DNA of 64,000 nucleotides from positions 445 through 64,444 of the forward strand of contig JAISBE010000012.1 in assembly GCA_031266365.1 (NCBI GenBank), read 5' to 3'. The stretch comes from Oscillospiraceae bacterium. Lineage in GTDB: Bacteria > Bacillota > Clostridia > Oscillospirales > Acutalibacteraceae. The notes beneath the pieces are model-generated. The model had not been told where the DNA came from, searched no databases, and saw only the letters and a program-made list of their open reading frames with translations. Below are positions 1-9,846 of this stretch, one piece after another. Made by a program: the position numbers and the translations under genes. The number at the start of each line of letters is the position of its first letter. Position 1 is the stretch's first letter.

Positions 1-132
1 GAAACCATGCAGGTTTTGCGAAGGCACCTGGGATACCAACGCCGCCGGCAAAAGTCATTGCACTAAACGCCACGAATTTCAGCTCTTGTTAATCCTTTTT
101 TGCACTATTCTAAGAAATTCACTATTTTTAAA

Positions 133-357
133 TCACTTTTGCAAAAGCGAGTTTTCCAATTTTCTAATCCTTTTACGTTCCTCCTGCGTTCGCGCAACAT
201 CTATTAAGAATCTGCCACCTTCTTCAAGCGATAAAATAGTTCCTTCAACGACATTTGGCGGCAATCGCTTTTTCTCTATAATGTGAACTTTTCCCTTTTC
301 ATCAATGCAAACCGCGCCCGATTCCAAAATACGATCCACCGAAAAATATTTTTTCAT
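133..357 (-). CDS. small conserved hypothetical protein (DUF3006-like)
   Basis: 74-aa ORF MKKYFSVDRILESGAVCIDEKGKVHIIEKKRLPPNVVEGTIL... The pattern resembles the DUF3006 small-protein family as I recall it. No search was run. Confidence 0.4.
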   Translation of the reverse strand: MKKYFSVDRILESGAVCIDEKGKVHIIEKKRLPPNVVEGTILSLEEGGRFLIDVARTQEERKRIRKLENSLLQK

Positions 358-897
358 ATTCGCTCTTCCTCAAATCTTGATAATTACTATATCATAATTT
401 CAAAAATAATACCGACATAAATCCCAAAGCTATACAAAATAATAGTTTTACCAATAGCAAACTTTGCATGTAAAATAAAGTTAACCACACTGCTGACGTT
501 TTCTGAAAAATTTGCTCCAGCGAACAGCAACGTGTTTTCTTAATTCATCCCAGATCTCAAACCGGTACATTCACAGCGATGAGCGGACATTACAGCGAAA
601 AATAAACACGCCGCCCTGCTCACTTTTTAAATCTATATTGATATGCAGCAAAATGTTATGTATAATTTATTTGTGGATGTACTCAATTGAATGCCATTTT
701 TCAAAACAAATGCTTTCGCACAAGATGTGATAATTTTACGCCCAAACTATATTCCGCACTTCCTTTGCTTTACGCCACCGGTCTCGGCAGAATCGGCATT
801 CGCAATAAAATGCTCCACTTTTCGTTTTCTACCCTGATTTAAAGTATAGCCTTTTGGAGGGTTATGTAAAAAATAAATATTATAGTCTGTTGACATA

Positions 898-926
898 TTG
901 ACAAAATAGGTCAAAAAAGATAGAAT
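898..926 (+). promoter_or_regulatory. sigma-A type promoter candidate upstream of trpS
   Basis: TTGACA (898-903), 17-nt spacer, TAGAAT (921-926). It lies about 50 nt upstream of the trpS start. Confidence 0.4.
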
Positions 927-978
927 AAAAATATAATAAATTTATATATTTTAACATTTTTGGAGGTTTTATTTAAAA

Positions 979-1986
979 TTGGAAGAAAAACAATATCCGA
1001 AACCAAAGACTATGTTTAGTGCAATTCAACCCAGCGGAACCATCACACTCGGGAATTATTTAGGCGCTCTGCGCCATTGGATCAACCTTCAAAAAGAATA
1101 TTTTTGCATATTTGCCCTCGCAGACCTGCACACAATCACAGTGCGCCAAGAACCGCTAAAAATGCGAAAAAACGTCTTAGAGGCGTACGCACTTTTGATT
1201 GCCTGCGGAATCGATTTAGATAAATGCATATTTTTTATACAAAGTCATGTGAAGGCCCACTCCGAGCTGGCGTGGATACTCAACTGTTATGCACAATTCG
1301 GCGAGCTTGCCCGTATGACGCAATTTAAAGATAAATCACAAAATCATAAAGATAACATAAACGCTGGACTTTTTAGTTACCCTTGCCTCATGGCGGCCGA
1401 TATTTTGCTTTACAAAAGCGATTTCATTCCGATTGGAGCTGACCAAAAACAGCACGTTGAGTTGACAAGAAATATCGCTGAAAGATTTAACGGAATTTAT
1501 GGAGAGGTTTTTTCTATACCAGAACCATATATAGCCAAAACCGGTGCTAAAATTATGTCGCTGCAAGACCCTAGCAAAAAAATGTCTAAATCAGACAAAA
1601 ACAAAAATGCTTGGATTTCTATTTTAGATAATAAAGATGCAATTATAAAAAAATTTGGACGAGCTATCACCGATTCTGAGGCAATAGTTAGAAGTCGCGA
1701 AGGTAAAGATGGAATAAATAATCTAATTAGCATATATTCATGTGCCACTGGAAAAAATCTTGATGAAATAGAAGAAGAATTTTCAGGTAAAGGTTACGGC
1801 ACATTCAAAGCTGCGGTCGCAGAAGCCGTTTGGTCTCATATTGAGCACATACAAAACCGATTTAAAGAGATTATCGACGATAAACCTTATTTGGAAAAAT
1901 GCTATCGCGAAAATGCAGAAAAAGCAAGCTATTTAGCTGAGAATACTTTAAAAAAAGTCAAAAAAAAGATAGGCTTTATTATTTAA
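979..1986 (+). CDS. trpS: tryptophan--tRNA ligase
   Basis: 335 aa with class I aaRS signatures: SGTITLGNYLGALRHW at the HIGH-motif position and KMSKS. TTG start preceded by GGAGG. Confidence 0.93.
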   Translation: MEEKQYPKPKTMFSAIQPSGTITLGNYLGALRHWINLQKEYFCIFALADLHTITVRQEPLKMRKNVLEAYALLIACGIDLDKCIFFIQSHVKAHSELAWILNCYAQFGELARMTQFKDKSQNHKDNINAGLFSYPCLMAADILLYKSDFIPIGADQKQHVELTRNIAERFNGIYGEVFSIPEPYIAKTGAKIMSLQDPSKKMSKSDKNKNAWISILDNKDAIIKKFGRAITDSEAIVRSREGKDGINNLISIYSCATGKNLDEIEEEFSGKGYGTFKAAVAEAVWSHIEHIQNRFKEIIDDKPYLEKCYRENAEKASYLAENTLKKVKKKIGFII

Positions 1987-2033
1987 TAAATATATTGCAA
2001 ATTAAAGTTTTGTATTTCTCGCTTCTAATCATA

Positions 2034-3020
2034 TTATTTTTTAAAAAAGCTTGATTTTTTTAAAGATTCGCGGATTTGATAAGGCATTTGCGGTACTTTT
2101 GACACTACTTTATAATTTTCTTTTGTGAAAAATTGCAGAGATTTAAGCGCACTCCGGGCATTGATACTTATCCCTTTAAACGAACGAGCCCCAAAATGGA
2201 TCTCAAATATCCAAAATAAACTACAAAGCGCAACTTTTTTCGAATAATAAAGCAGACATTTTTTATATATTTCACACATATCATGCCTTTCTAAAAAATC
2301 ACGAATTGCACCAAAAGATATGATATAATCATTTATTTTGGTTGCGTTCATAGATGTTAAAATGCTACCTTTATGCAAAGTATAGTAATAAAGCCGTTCA
2401 CTGATAACAGCCACGCGCTTTGCATGGTAAAAAAGCTGCAGCGCAATTACGATATCTTCAAAATACATTTTTTTAAAAAATATATTATTTTCATAAAAAA
2501 GAGAACGTTTAAAAAGTTTATTACACATAAAATAGCCAATAGTATTATCCGCAATTAACTTTTTCAATGCCTGCTCAGTGGTATACACAGAAGTTTTCAA
2601 TCTGAATGGATAAGGAATCTTCAGTTTTCTTTTTGAGAAATAATAAAAATAACTGCAGCAGCTAATATCTGCGTTATAATACTTTATTGCATTATAAAGT
2701 TTTTCTAAAAATTGAGGATGTATAAAATCATCACTGTCGATAAATGCAACATATTTTCCACGAGCAACTTCAAGCCCCATATTTCGGGCACTCGAAGGCC
2801 CACCGTTGATTTTTTTTATAACAGAGAAGTTTTTGTATTTATCCGCAAACCCTTGCGCTATTTCCACGCTTTTATCTATAGAACCATCATCTACCAAAAT
2901 TACTTCAACGTCTTTAAACGTTTGCATCGCTATAGAATTCAAAGTTTTACTTAAAAATTTTTCAGCGTTATATATGGGAACAATAACACTGATTATCGGT
3001 ATACTTTCTTTCTTTATCAA
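2034..3020 (-). CDS. family 2 glycosyltransferase
   Basis: N-terminal ISVIVPIYNAEKFLSKTLNSIAMQTF...ILVDDGSIDKS and a DSDD motif, typical of the GT2 GT-A fold. Confidence 0.85.
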   Translation of the reverse strand: MIKKESIPIISVIVPIYNAEKFLSKTLNSIAMQTFKDVEVILVDDGSIDKSVEIAQGFADKYKNFSVIKKINGGPSSARNMGLEVARGKYVAFIDSDDFIHPQFLEKLYNAIKYYNADISCCSYFYYFSKRKLKIPYPFRLKTSVYTTEQALKKLIADNTIGYFMCNKLFKRSLFYENNIFFKKMYFEDIVIALQLFYHAKRVAVISERLYYYTLHKGSILTSMNATKINDYIISFGAIRDFLERHDMCEIYKKCLLYYSKKVALCSLFWIFEIHFGARSFKGISINARSALKSLQFFTKENYKVVSKVPQMPYQIRESLKKSSFFKK

Positions 3021-3045
3021 AAATCATCATCCTTCAAATTTAAAA

Positions 3046-4089
3046 TTACTTTTCCGGTTTAAGATTCTCCAGCATTTTTTTATCTTTCGTCATGCGCGAA
3101 AATGGAAAAGATATCAAAATAGTTAAATAATAAGAGATTAATCTAGTCATAGCCACTGCGGGTTTAATAGTTGTTTTCGTGAAAAAATCATTCAAAAAAA
3201 TCATACCCGCACCTTCGGTCGCTCCTGAAGCTCCAGGAATTGGAAAAAACGCAGTTGACATAGTAATGAACGCCTGCACGCAGACTATATCTAATAATGT
3301 TGCGCCACTGAGGTTAAATGATCTATAGATACAATATGGAATCAAAAACGTAGATGTTATCTGAATTATCGTAAATATATATGCCTTAAACAGTAAGCTC
3401 TTATTTTTATAAAGTTCCCTATTGCTGTCATGGAAAGCTTTTAACTGTTTTTGTAATCCCTTCACTTTATCGTCAGGATTTTTAATAATATGCAGCTTGC
3501 CTAACAGAGACAATATCATAAAAATAAAACGCATTGTCAGTTTTTCGTAAAAAGAAAAGAAAATAAGCACAAAAACCATCAGTGATTGAATGATAAATCC
3601 AAATATCGCCCAAATGCACACCCGACTGTCCAAAGCTGTAAAATAATCAAATTTTACGAAAAACGCGAAAATACAGTAACCTACCAGAACATTTTGGTAA
3701 AGAAGGAATTTTTGTATAAGAGCTGAGGTTGAATGACCAGCACCTACTCCCTGCTTTGACATAACATAAACCTGCATAGGCTGACCTCCTGTGGCCGATG
3801 GGGTGACAGAGTTAAAAAACTGCCCTACTAAAGACGCTTTGATAGCGTTTTTCATATTATAATTTTTCTCTCCATTAAAGACAAAAAGGTAAATCAAAAA
3901 AGCATCTATTAATAAATCGACAAACTGGCATAAAACAGCGATAATTAACCAGCTTTTTTTGAATTGCTTGGCATTTTTCGATAAATCTATCAACCCATTT
4001 TCAGAAAAGCAAAAATATACAAACACTCCAACCACAAATAAAGTTATAATAAAGTTATAAATCGCTTTTGCATTAATTTTTTTCCTCAT
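3046..4089 (-). CDS. polytopic membrane protein, flippase-like / lysylphosphatidylglycerol-synthase TM-region family (UPF0104-like)
   Basis: Multi-TM ORF adjacent to the GT2 gene. Start trimmed to the ATG at 4089 (MRKKINAK...), which follows GGAGG plus a 5-nt spacer. The family call is from general resemblance only. Confidence 0.55.
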   Translation of the reverse strand: MRKKINAKAIYNFIITLFVVGVFVYFCFSENGLIDLSKNAKQFKKSWLIIAVLCQFVDLLIDAFLIYLFVFNGEKNYNMKNAIKASLVGQFFNSVTPSATGGQPMQVYVMSKQGVGAGHSTSALIQKFLLYQNVLVGYCIFAFFVKFDYFTALDSRVCIWAIFGFIIQSLMVFVLIFFSFYEKLTMRFIFMILSLLGKLHIIKNPDDKVKGLQKQLKAFHDSNRELYKNKSLLFKAYIFTIIQITSTFLIPYCIYRSFNLSGATLLDIVCVQAFITMSTAFFPIPGASGATEGAGMIFLNDFFTKTTIKPAVAMTRLISYYLTILISFPFSRMTKDKKMLENLKPEK

Positions 4090-4368
4090 CACAGCCTCCC
4101 CGCAAGCATAATAATAAAAATTTCTTAAGAAACCGTAGCGTAAAATAGCATTTTTAACCGTTAACCGCAAATAGCTAGCGAAATTATTTTTTATTTTCTA
4201 AGATTAACTTTACTAACTTCATAATGTTCTATATTATTATATTAACCCTATTTTCTAAAAAGTCAATACAAAAGCCAATCAAATAATAAATTAGCTACTT
4301 ATTATTTGATATCTCACACATCTTTTAAGTGTTTTATGTTATAATAAATATCGGAGGTAAAAAATAGG

Positions 4369-6645
4369 ATGAAAAAAGCTGATATCAATCAGTATGGAAA
4401 TTTAAAAAATAGTTCACTTGCGGACGTAAAATATAAAAAAGAAAATAATTTTAAAATTATTTTTAAGCTAATTCTTACTGTTTTTACAATCTTCGCAACC
4501 ACCGGCATGATTGTTGGGATGTATCTTATTTCCTATATTATCAGCATGTCTAGCGAAAAAATCGATTACGATTTAAGGGCAATGAAATTGCAATTAACAA
4601 GCCAAATTTATATACTAGACGAAAACGGAAAATTTAAAGAATACGATAGCGTTCATCACTCAGAGGATAGAATTTGGGTAGATTTCAAAGATATACCAGA
4701 CGCGATGAAAAACGCTATCATTGCTATTGAAGATAAGCGCTTTGAAAGCCACAATGGCGTGGATTGGATACGCACTTTCAGCGCAGTGTCACACTTATTT
4801 GGTAGCGGAAGTAGTTACGGCGGTTCCACTATAACTCAACAAACTATAAAAAATTTAACTGAAGATAACGAAGTGAGTCTAACAAGAAAAATTCGAGAAA
4901 TATTTAGATCTATAAACATGGAAAACGAATATTCAAAAGATGAGATATTAGAAGCTTATTTAAATGCTGTTAATTTTGGAAGCGGCTGTCGCGGGGTTCA
5001 GGCATCGGCAAAAAATTATTTCAACAAAGATATCTCCGAATGTTCAATAGCTCAATGTGCAGCTATAGCGGGAATTACTAAAAATCCCGCAGCTTATAAC
5101 CCGTTAATTTTTCCAGAAAATAACAAAAAGCGTCGAGAACTTGTTTTGTCTGAAATGTACAATCAGGGAAAAATTTCAAAACAAGAATATGACGACGCAA
5201 TTGAAGAATCAAAAAATATGACATTTGGTAAAGTAAGCGATACCGATGAAGAAGAAGTCAGTGAAAAATGGATTTACAACTGGTATGTAGACGCCATGTT
5301 AAAAGAGGTAGTTGATGACTTAAATACCCGTCTCGAGCTTGGAAGACAATCTGCATGGGAAATGCTTTGTAGGCAAGGTCTAAAAATTTATTGTGCCATG
5401 GATGAAAACACCCAAAAGGCGGCGGAGTCTGTGATTCGCGATCCTAATATTATGCCAAAAGATGAAAAATTAGAGTTAGGATATATCATGATGGATTTCG
5501 ATGGAAGAGTACTTGCGAGTTTGGGAAGCAGAGAGGAAAAGAAAGGAAATTTATGGAGAGATCGCGCAAACGATAGGCAAAGCAGACGTCAGCCCGGCTC
5601 TGCAATAAAACCTTTAGGCGTATATGCCCCTGCAATAGATTCGGAACTATGCCACTATTCTTCGTTTATAAGCAATGAAAAAATTCCAAATTTTTATGGA
5701 GCTGGAAATCCCGGGCCCAATAATTGGGATAACAGTTCAGGCGGAGAAGTTTTCACTTTTAAAGCAATATCGAGATCCTTAAATATTCCAGCTGTCCGAA
5801 CGTTAGAAAAATTAACATCCATGAAAAGTTACGAATTTTTAACCAAAAAGCTTGGATTTACCAGCTTAGAGGAAAGCGATATTCACGCTCCTGTGGCGCT
5901 TTCACTCGGCGGAATGGCTCATGGAGTTACACCAAAAGAAATGACAGCTGGTTTTCAAATATTTGGCAACGGTGGAATTTACCATAAACCTTACAAATAT
6001 TTTTACATAACAGACAGAAATGGTAAAGTTTTACTCGATAATAGAAACCAAGTTGGCATTCAAGCAATAAAACCAGAAACCGCCACTATTATGAACCGCT
6101 TGCTCACAAACGTTGTGCAATCCGGAACAGGTACAAGTGCAGCCATTTCCGGTTGGCGCATTGGAGGAAAAACTGGAACAACCAATAACGATAACGATGC
6201 TTATTTCGTTGGTTTTTCTCCCTATAGTGTTGCAGGATTATGGCTAGGGTATGAACCGGCCAAAAAAATCAATCAAGCAACAACCACCACCAATATCATC
6301 TGGCGTGAAATAATGAAAAAATTTCTATCCGGCAAACCTTCAAAAGATTATCCCTCGAATTCAAATGTCGTTGAGCGATCTTTTTGCGCAACAACTGGTA
6401 AAATTGCAACCAACAGGTGTCCTATAGGTGGGACTGGATATTACGCTTCAAGCAACATGCCGCCGGTCTGTAATTTACACCCCGGGGATTATTCTACTCC
6501 CCCCAAAAAAGAAGAACCTTCTCCTCAAGAGCCAAAAGAACCAGAAAACCCAGCTCCGGGAAACGATGCAGAACAACCCAATATAGCTCAACCGAATGGA
6601 GAAAACAATACTGAAAATACCCAACAAAACCAAGCAGAGCAGTAG
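4369..6645 (+). CDS. class A penicillin-binding protein (transglycosylase/transpeptidase, PBP1A family)
   Basis: GT51 motifs EDKRFESHNGVD, GGSTITQQ and RKIRE. Transpeptidase motifs SAIKP (SxxK) and KTGT. N-terminal TM anchor and a low-complexity P/E/N/Q C-terminal tail. Confidence 0.9.
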   Translation: MKKADINQYGNLKNSSLADVKYKKENNFKIIFKLILTVFTIFATTGMIVGMYLISYIISMSSEKIDYDLRAMKLQLTSQIYILDENGKFKEYDSVHHSEDRIWVDFKDIPDAMKNAIIAIEDKRFESHNGVDWIRTFSAVSHLFGSGSSYGGSTITQQTIKNLTEDNEVSLTRKIREIFRSINMENEYSKDEILEAYLNAVNFGSGCRGVQASAKNYFNKDISECSIAQCAAIAGITKNPAAYNPLIFPENNKKRRELVLSEMYNQGKISKQEYDDAIEESKNMTFGKVSDTDEEEVSEKWIYNWYVDAMLKEVVDDLNTRLELGRQSAWEMLCRQGLKIYCAMDENTQKAAESVIRDPNIMPKDEKLELGYIMMDFDGRVLASLGSREEKKGNLWRDRANDRQSRRQPGSAIKPLGVYAPAIDSELCHYSSFISNEKIPNFYGAGNPGPNNWDNSSGGEVFTFKAISRSLNIPAVRTLEKLTSMKSYEFLTKKLGFTSLEESDIHAPVALSLGGMAHGVTPKEMTAGFQIFGNGGIYHKPYKYFYITDRNGKVLLDNRNQVGIQAIKPETATIMNRLLTNVVQSGTGTSAAISGWRIGGKTGTTNNDNDAYFVGFSPYSVAGLWLGYEPAKKINQATTTTNIIWREIMKKFLSGKPSKDYPSNSNVVERSFCATTGKIATNRCPIGGTGYYASSNMPPVCNLHPGDYSTPPKKEEPSPQEPKEPENPAPGNDAEQPNIAQPNGENNTENTQQNQAEQ

Positions 6646-6743
6646 CATCTAGGATAATTACGTTTTTATCTTTACACAAGAAAATCACAAATTAATTTTA
6701 ATTTAAAATCCTTAATTGTTTTAAATAAGGGGGCATAATAATC

Positions 6744-7934
6744 ATGAGTTTAATTGTTCAAAAATTTGGTGGCAGTTCTGTTGCAAATACCAACCTTTTA
6801 CTCAATGCAGCAAAAAAAATTATAAAAAAATATAATGAAGGCAATGAAGTTATCGCTGTGGTTTCTGCTCAAGGGAACACAACAGACAAGCTAATCGCAG
6901 AAGCCTTTAAAATTAGCCCTCTTGCATCAAACCGAGAACTGGACGTCTTACTTTCGTCCGGAGAGCAAGTTTCTATTGCACTTCTCTCAATTGCCATCAA
7001 AAAATTGGGATTTCCCGTAATTTCGCTGCTCGGTTGGCAAGCCGGGTTTAAAACAGACTCAAATTTTGGCAATGCACAAATTAAAAAAGTTGAAACAGAA
7101 AGAATAAAAAAAGAAATCGAAAAGAAAAATATTGTAATTGTCGCAGGATTTCAAGGTATAGACAGTTACGGCGATATCACAACTTTCGGTAGAGGCGGTT
7201 CAGATACAAGTGCGGTTGCGATTGCCGCCGCTATGAAAGCTAATATTTGCCAGATTTATACCGATGTAGAAGGCGTATACACCGCTGATCCACACAAAAT
7301 CCCTGATGCGCGAAAATTATCAGAAATTTCTTATGATGCCATGTTAGAAATGGCTTCTTTAGGGGCACAAGTTTTAAACAGTCGATCAGTTGAGATTGCC
7401 AAAAAGTATAAAGTTAAACTCGAAGTATTATCTAGTTTAACAGATGTTCCCGGCACTATTGTAAGGGAAATGGCAAAAAATGACGAGATAGTAATCACCG
7501 GAATAACCGGCGATAAAGATGTTGCTATAATAGAAATATTAGAAATGCCCGATAAAAAAGGAGAAAATTTAAGAATTTTTTCTAAATTATCGGATCTTGG
7601 CATCAATACCGATGTTACACAGCAATTTATAAATGATAAAACAACAAAAAACCCTACCTTCGCTGTAAAAAGAAATATCTTGCTCGAAACACTTAACATA
7701 CTTAAAAGCTGTTGTGTAAACAAAATATTTTACGACTCTAAAATAGCTAAAGTTTCCCTAATTGGCGCTGGATTGAAATTGCACCCTGAGGTTGCGGCAG
7801 CGGTTTTTGAAACACTAAATAAAGCCAAAATTAAAGTACATCTAAGTGAGACAAGTGAGACGAAAATATCTGTATTTATCGACAATCAATACATGGATAA
7901 GGCTGTTAAAATTTTGCATGATAAATTTTTTTGA
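6744..7934 (+). CDS. lysC: aspartate kinase
   Basis: 396 aa. N-terminal VQKFGGSSV, and GFQG...GRGGSDTSAV. The C-terminal part is consistent with ACT domains. Confidence 0.88.
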   Translation: MSLIVQKFGGSSVANTNLLLNAAKKIIKKYNEGNEVIAVVSAQGNTTDKLIAEAFKISPLASNRELDVLLSSGEQVSIALLSIAIKKLGFPVISLLGWQAGFKTDSNFGNAQIKKVETERIKKEIEKKNIVIVAGFQGIDSYGDITTFGRGGSDTSAVAIAAAMKANICQIYTDVEGVYTADPHKIPDARKLSEISYDAMLEMASLGAQVLNSRSVEIAKKYKVKLEVLSSLTDVPGTIVREMAKNDEIVITGITGDKDVAIIEILEMPDKKGENLRIFSKLSDLGINTDVTQQFINDKTTKNPTFAVKRNILLETLNILKSCCVNKIFYDSKIAKVSLIGAGLKLHPEVAAAVFETLNKAKIKVHLSETSETKISVFIDNQYMDKAVKILHDKFF

Positions 7935-8058
7935 AAACGTCAGATTGACTATTTCTATAAACCTTATAATTATTCTAATAGCTTTATATTCAATGTAAAA
8001 TGTAAATTAAAAATTTTTAATAAAATTAATGGCGATTTGCTTCTAAAATTCTTCTCAA

Positions 8059-8940
8059 TTATGCTTTTAATTCATACAATTCCAACAAACTTAAACTACA
8101 TAAAAATAAAATCTGTTCACGCAGCGTTAATTTGCGATTTTCATCTTTTTTTGACCATTTTTCTATGTTTCGTGCTGCTTTGACCGTGATTTTCTTCAAT
8201 ACATCTTTAGCTTCATCGGAAAGCCCCACAGTATAAATAGAGAAACGACCTTCTGTTTGAGGTTTTGGGTAATCATCTATCCCCATGCCGATCAAAAACC
8301 AATCTGCGTGATACTCACCTGCAGCAGACGACATTCCAGCATAATCGGCGATTAATTCGTCGTGCAAATTATTTTGAGAAGAACCCAAAAAACGCTTTGT
8401 AAAATAATGCGTACATTCATGTTCACGACGAATTATAAGCGAAAAATCTTTCCATTGCTCGTCTTCAAGCCCCAATTTTTGCGCAGGAATGTTGCTATAC
8501 GGCTTATTCGAAAGAATTATGAACCTCGTGGACTTTCCATTCGCAAAACTAGCACCTGTTTTCTCTATGCCTGGAAATTCCTTGCCTTTGTGTATTAATT
8601 TTATTACCAATTCCTCAAAATCTTTAGTATCCGTGGCATAAAATATTGGAATTGGGCCCGCTAAAGAATCATATATTTCTATTTTTACGCCTTCTGGTTT
8701 TTGAAGAACTATATCTTCTTCCCCATGAGATATATTATTGTTTAAAGCAGCCACTATGCCCTGATCTTTTACCTTTTCTATAAAGCTTTTCCAAGCTCCA
8801 ATAAACGGTTCCTCTGCGATTACTTCTGGAATTTGGGGATTTTTACCAAAGCGGTTAGCAGTATAATCAAGTAATTCCTGCAAAATTTCGCCCTTGGCTC
8901 CAATCGCTTCCAATAATTCGCTGCTCTTATCAATTGGCAT
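8059..8940 (-). CDS. hypothetical protein with HExxH motif (putative metallopeptidase-like), last gene of the GG-leader peptide operon
   Basis: 293-aa ORF containing REHECTHYF (H-E-C-T-H). It starts 18 nt downstream of the preceding peptide gene on the same strand. Confidence 0.5.
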   Translation of the reverse strand: MPIDKSSELLEAIGAKGEILQELLDYTANRFGKNPQIPEVIAEEPFIGAWKSFIEKVKDQGIVAALNNNISHGEEDIVLQKPEGVKIEIYDSLAGPIPIFYATDTKDFEELVIKLIHKGKEFPGIEKTGASFANGKSTRFIILSNKPYSNIPAQKLGLEDEQWKDFSLIIRREHECTHYFTKRFLGSSQNNLHDELIADYAGMSSAAGEYHADWFLIGMGIDDYPKPQTEGRFSIYTVGLSDEAKDVLKKITVKAARNIEKWSKKDENRKLTLREQILFLCSLSLLELYELKA

Positions 8941-8958
8941 GACGTCACCGTCCTTTCA

Positions 8959-9165
8959 CTAGTCTGGTTCCACAGACTCAACATTAGGCTCAGCTTCAGG
9001 CTCAGCTTCAAGCGGACCGAGCGTTGAAAATTGCTCTCCACCGAGCATCATTCCGTTGTTATTGTTCAAATCGCCACTATAGTTCTGTTGCGTCGCATCA
9101 CCTCCACCTATAACAAATCCCATTTGGTTATCGTTAAGTTTACGCAATTCTTCTTTTTTTGACAT
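8959..9165 (-). CDS. double-glycine-leader peptide precursor (bacteriocin-like)
   Basis: Start trimmed to MSKKEELRKLNDNQMGFVIGG|GDATQQ..., where AAAGGA lies 9 nt upstream. The 21-aa leader ends in VIGG. The core is acidic: GPLEAEPEAEPNVESVEPD. Confidence 0.6.
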   Translation of the reverse strand: MSKKEELRKLNDNQMGFVIGGGDATQQNYSGDLNNNNGMMLGGEQFSTLGPLEAEPEAEPNVESVEPD

Positions 9166-9387
9166 AATATTCATTCCTTTCCCCAATTCAATTTATAAGT
9201 TTTATTTTCTTTCCAACAAGATATATCAAAACAAAAACAGTAATGCGAGCAGCTCATCTGCAAACCTTTTATTTTTGCCATAATTGACTTTTTAATCATA
9301 CGAGCAACGCTAGTTAAGCTGAATATTTTTTTGATATAACCACATTGCTCGCATTCATTCGATATATTCAACTTTAAGTTACCAAAA

Positions 9388-9759
9388 TTATTTGTTACTA
9401 TACTTGTTGTTGTATACCTCCACTCCAACCAATGCCGCTAAGCCCGCAAGAGATTGTGCTAAGTCGATAACTTTTTGACTCCCTCCCGCTACGTTAACTA
9501 CATTTCCGACTACCTGACTAGCTAGTCCCACCGCCGCGGTTGAGTCCACCGCACCACCGGCGACTTGTGATATATTTGCCTCATTTAGCTGGGCACAGAC
9601 CGATCGCAATTCTTCGACAAATTCTTCGTAAGACAAACCGTCCAAGTAAGGTTTAAGAAAAGCTTCACCTTCTTTTTGAGTTTTCAGTTCTCCGAGTTTT
9701 CTAGCCAATTCCGGGCGTTTCACTAATTCATCAACAAATCTTTTCACTTGATCTTTCAT
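9388..9759 (-). CDS. Nif11-like long-leader GG peptide precursor
   Basis: About 68 aa of helical leader (MKDQVKRFVDELVKRPELARKLGELKTQKEGEAFLKP...NEANISQVAGG) followed by a Gly/Ala/Val-rich core. The leader architecture resembles Nif11-type leaders. Confidence 0.55.
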   Translation of the reverse strand: MKDQVKRFVDELVKRPELARKLGELKTQKEGEAFLKPYLDGLSYEEFVEELRSVCAQLNEANISQVAGGAVDSTAAVGLASQVVGNVVNVAGGSQKVIDLAQSLAGLAALVGVEVYNNKYSNK

Positions 9760-9846
9760 ATTGATTATACCTCTTTCCTAAATAAAATAGAAATTTCCTC
9801 ATATATATCTCACTAGCTATGATCGCTAGTTTGTAATCTAATTTAC

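Noticed and set aside
1-58. Possible 5' end of a - strand gene running off the left edge (ATG at 58-56; MTFAGGVGIPGAFAKPAWF...).
   Set aside because: Only 19 codons are visible and there is no convincing RBS. It cannot be identified or supported from this window.
512-730. 72-aa + strand ORF in the 360-978 spacer, and a 49-codon - strand ORF around 400-550.
   Set aside because: No RBS, odd composition and no recognisable family. The region may hold decayed gene remnants, but nothing can be supported.
730-978. T-box riboswitch leaders upstream of trpS, and likewise upstream of metG (10304-10745) and leuS (29893-30051).
   Set aside because: I could not find the conserved T-box sequence (AGGGTGGTACCGCG-like), a specifier-loop architecture or a terminator/antiterminator pair in any of the three leaders.
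9171-9428. 85-aa Cys-rich ORF between two GG-peptide genes: ...ECEQCGYIKK...MSCSHYCFCFDISCW.
   Set aside because: It overlaps the ends of both neighbouring peptide genes and has no clear RBS. Only about 200 nt (9187-9387) is free intergenic space. A shorter internal start (MIKKSIMAKIKGLQMSCSHYCFCFDISCWKENKTYKLNWGKE) cannot be excluded, but it is unsupported.
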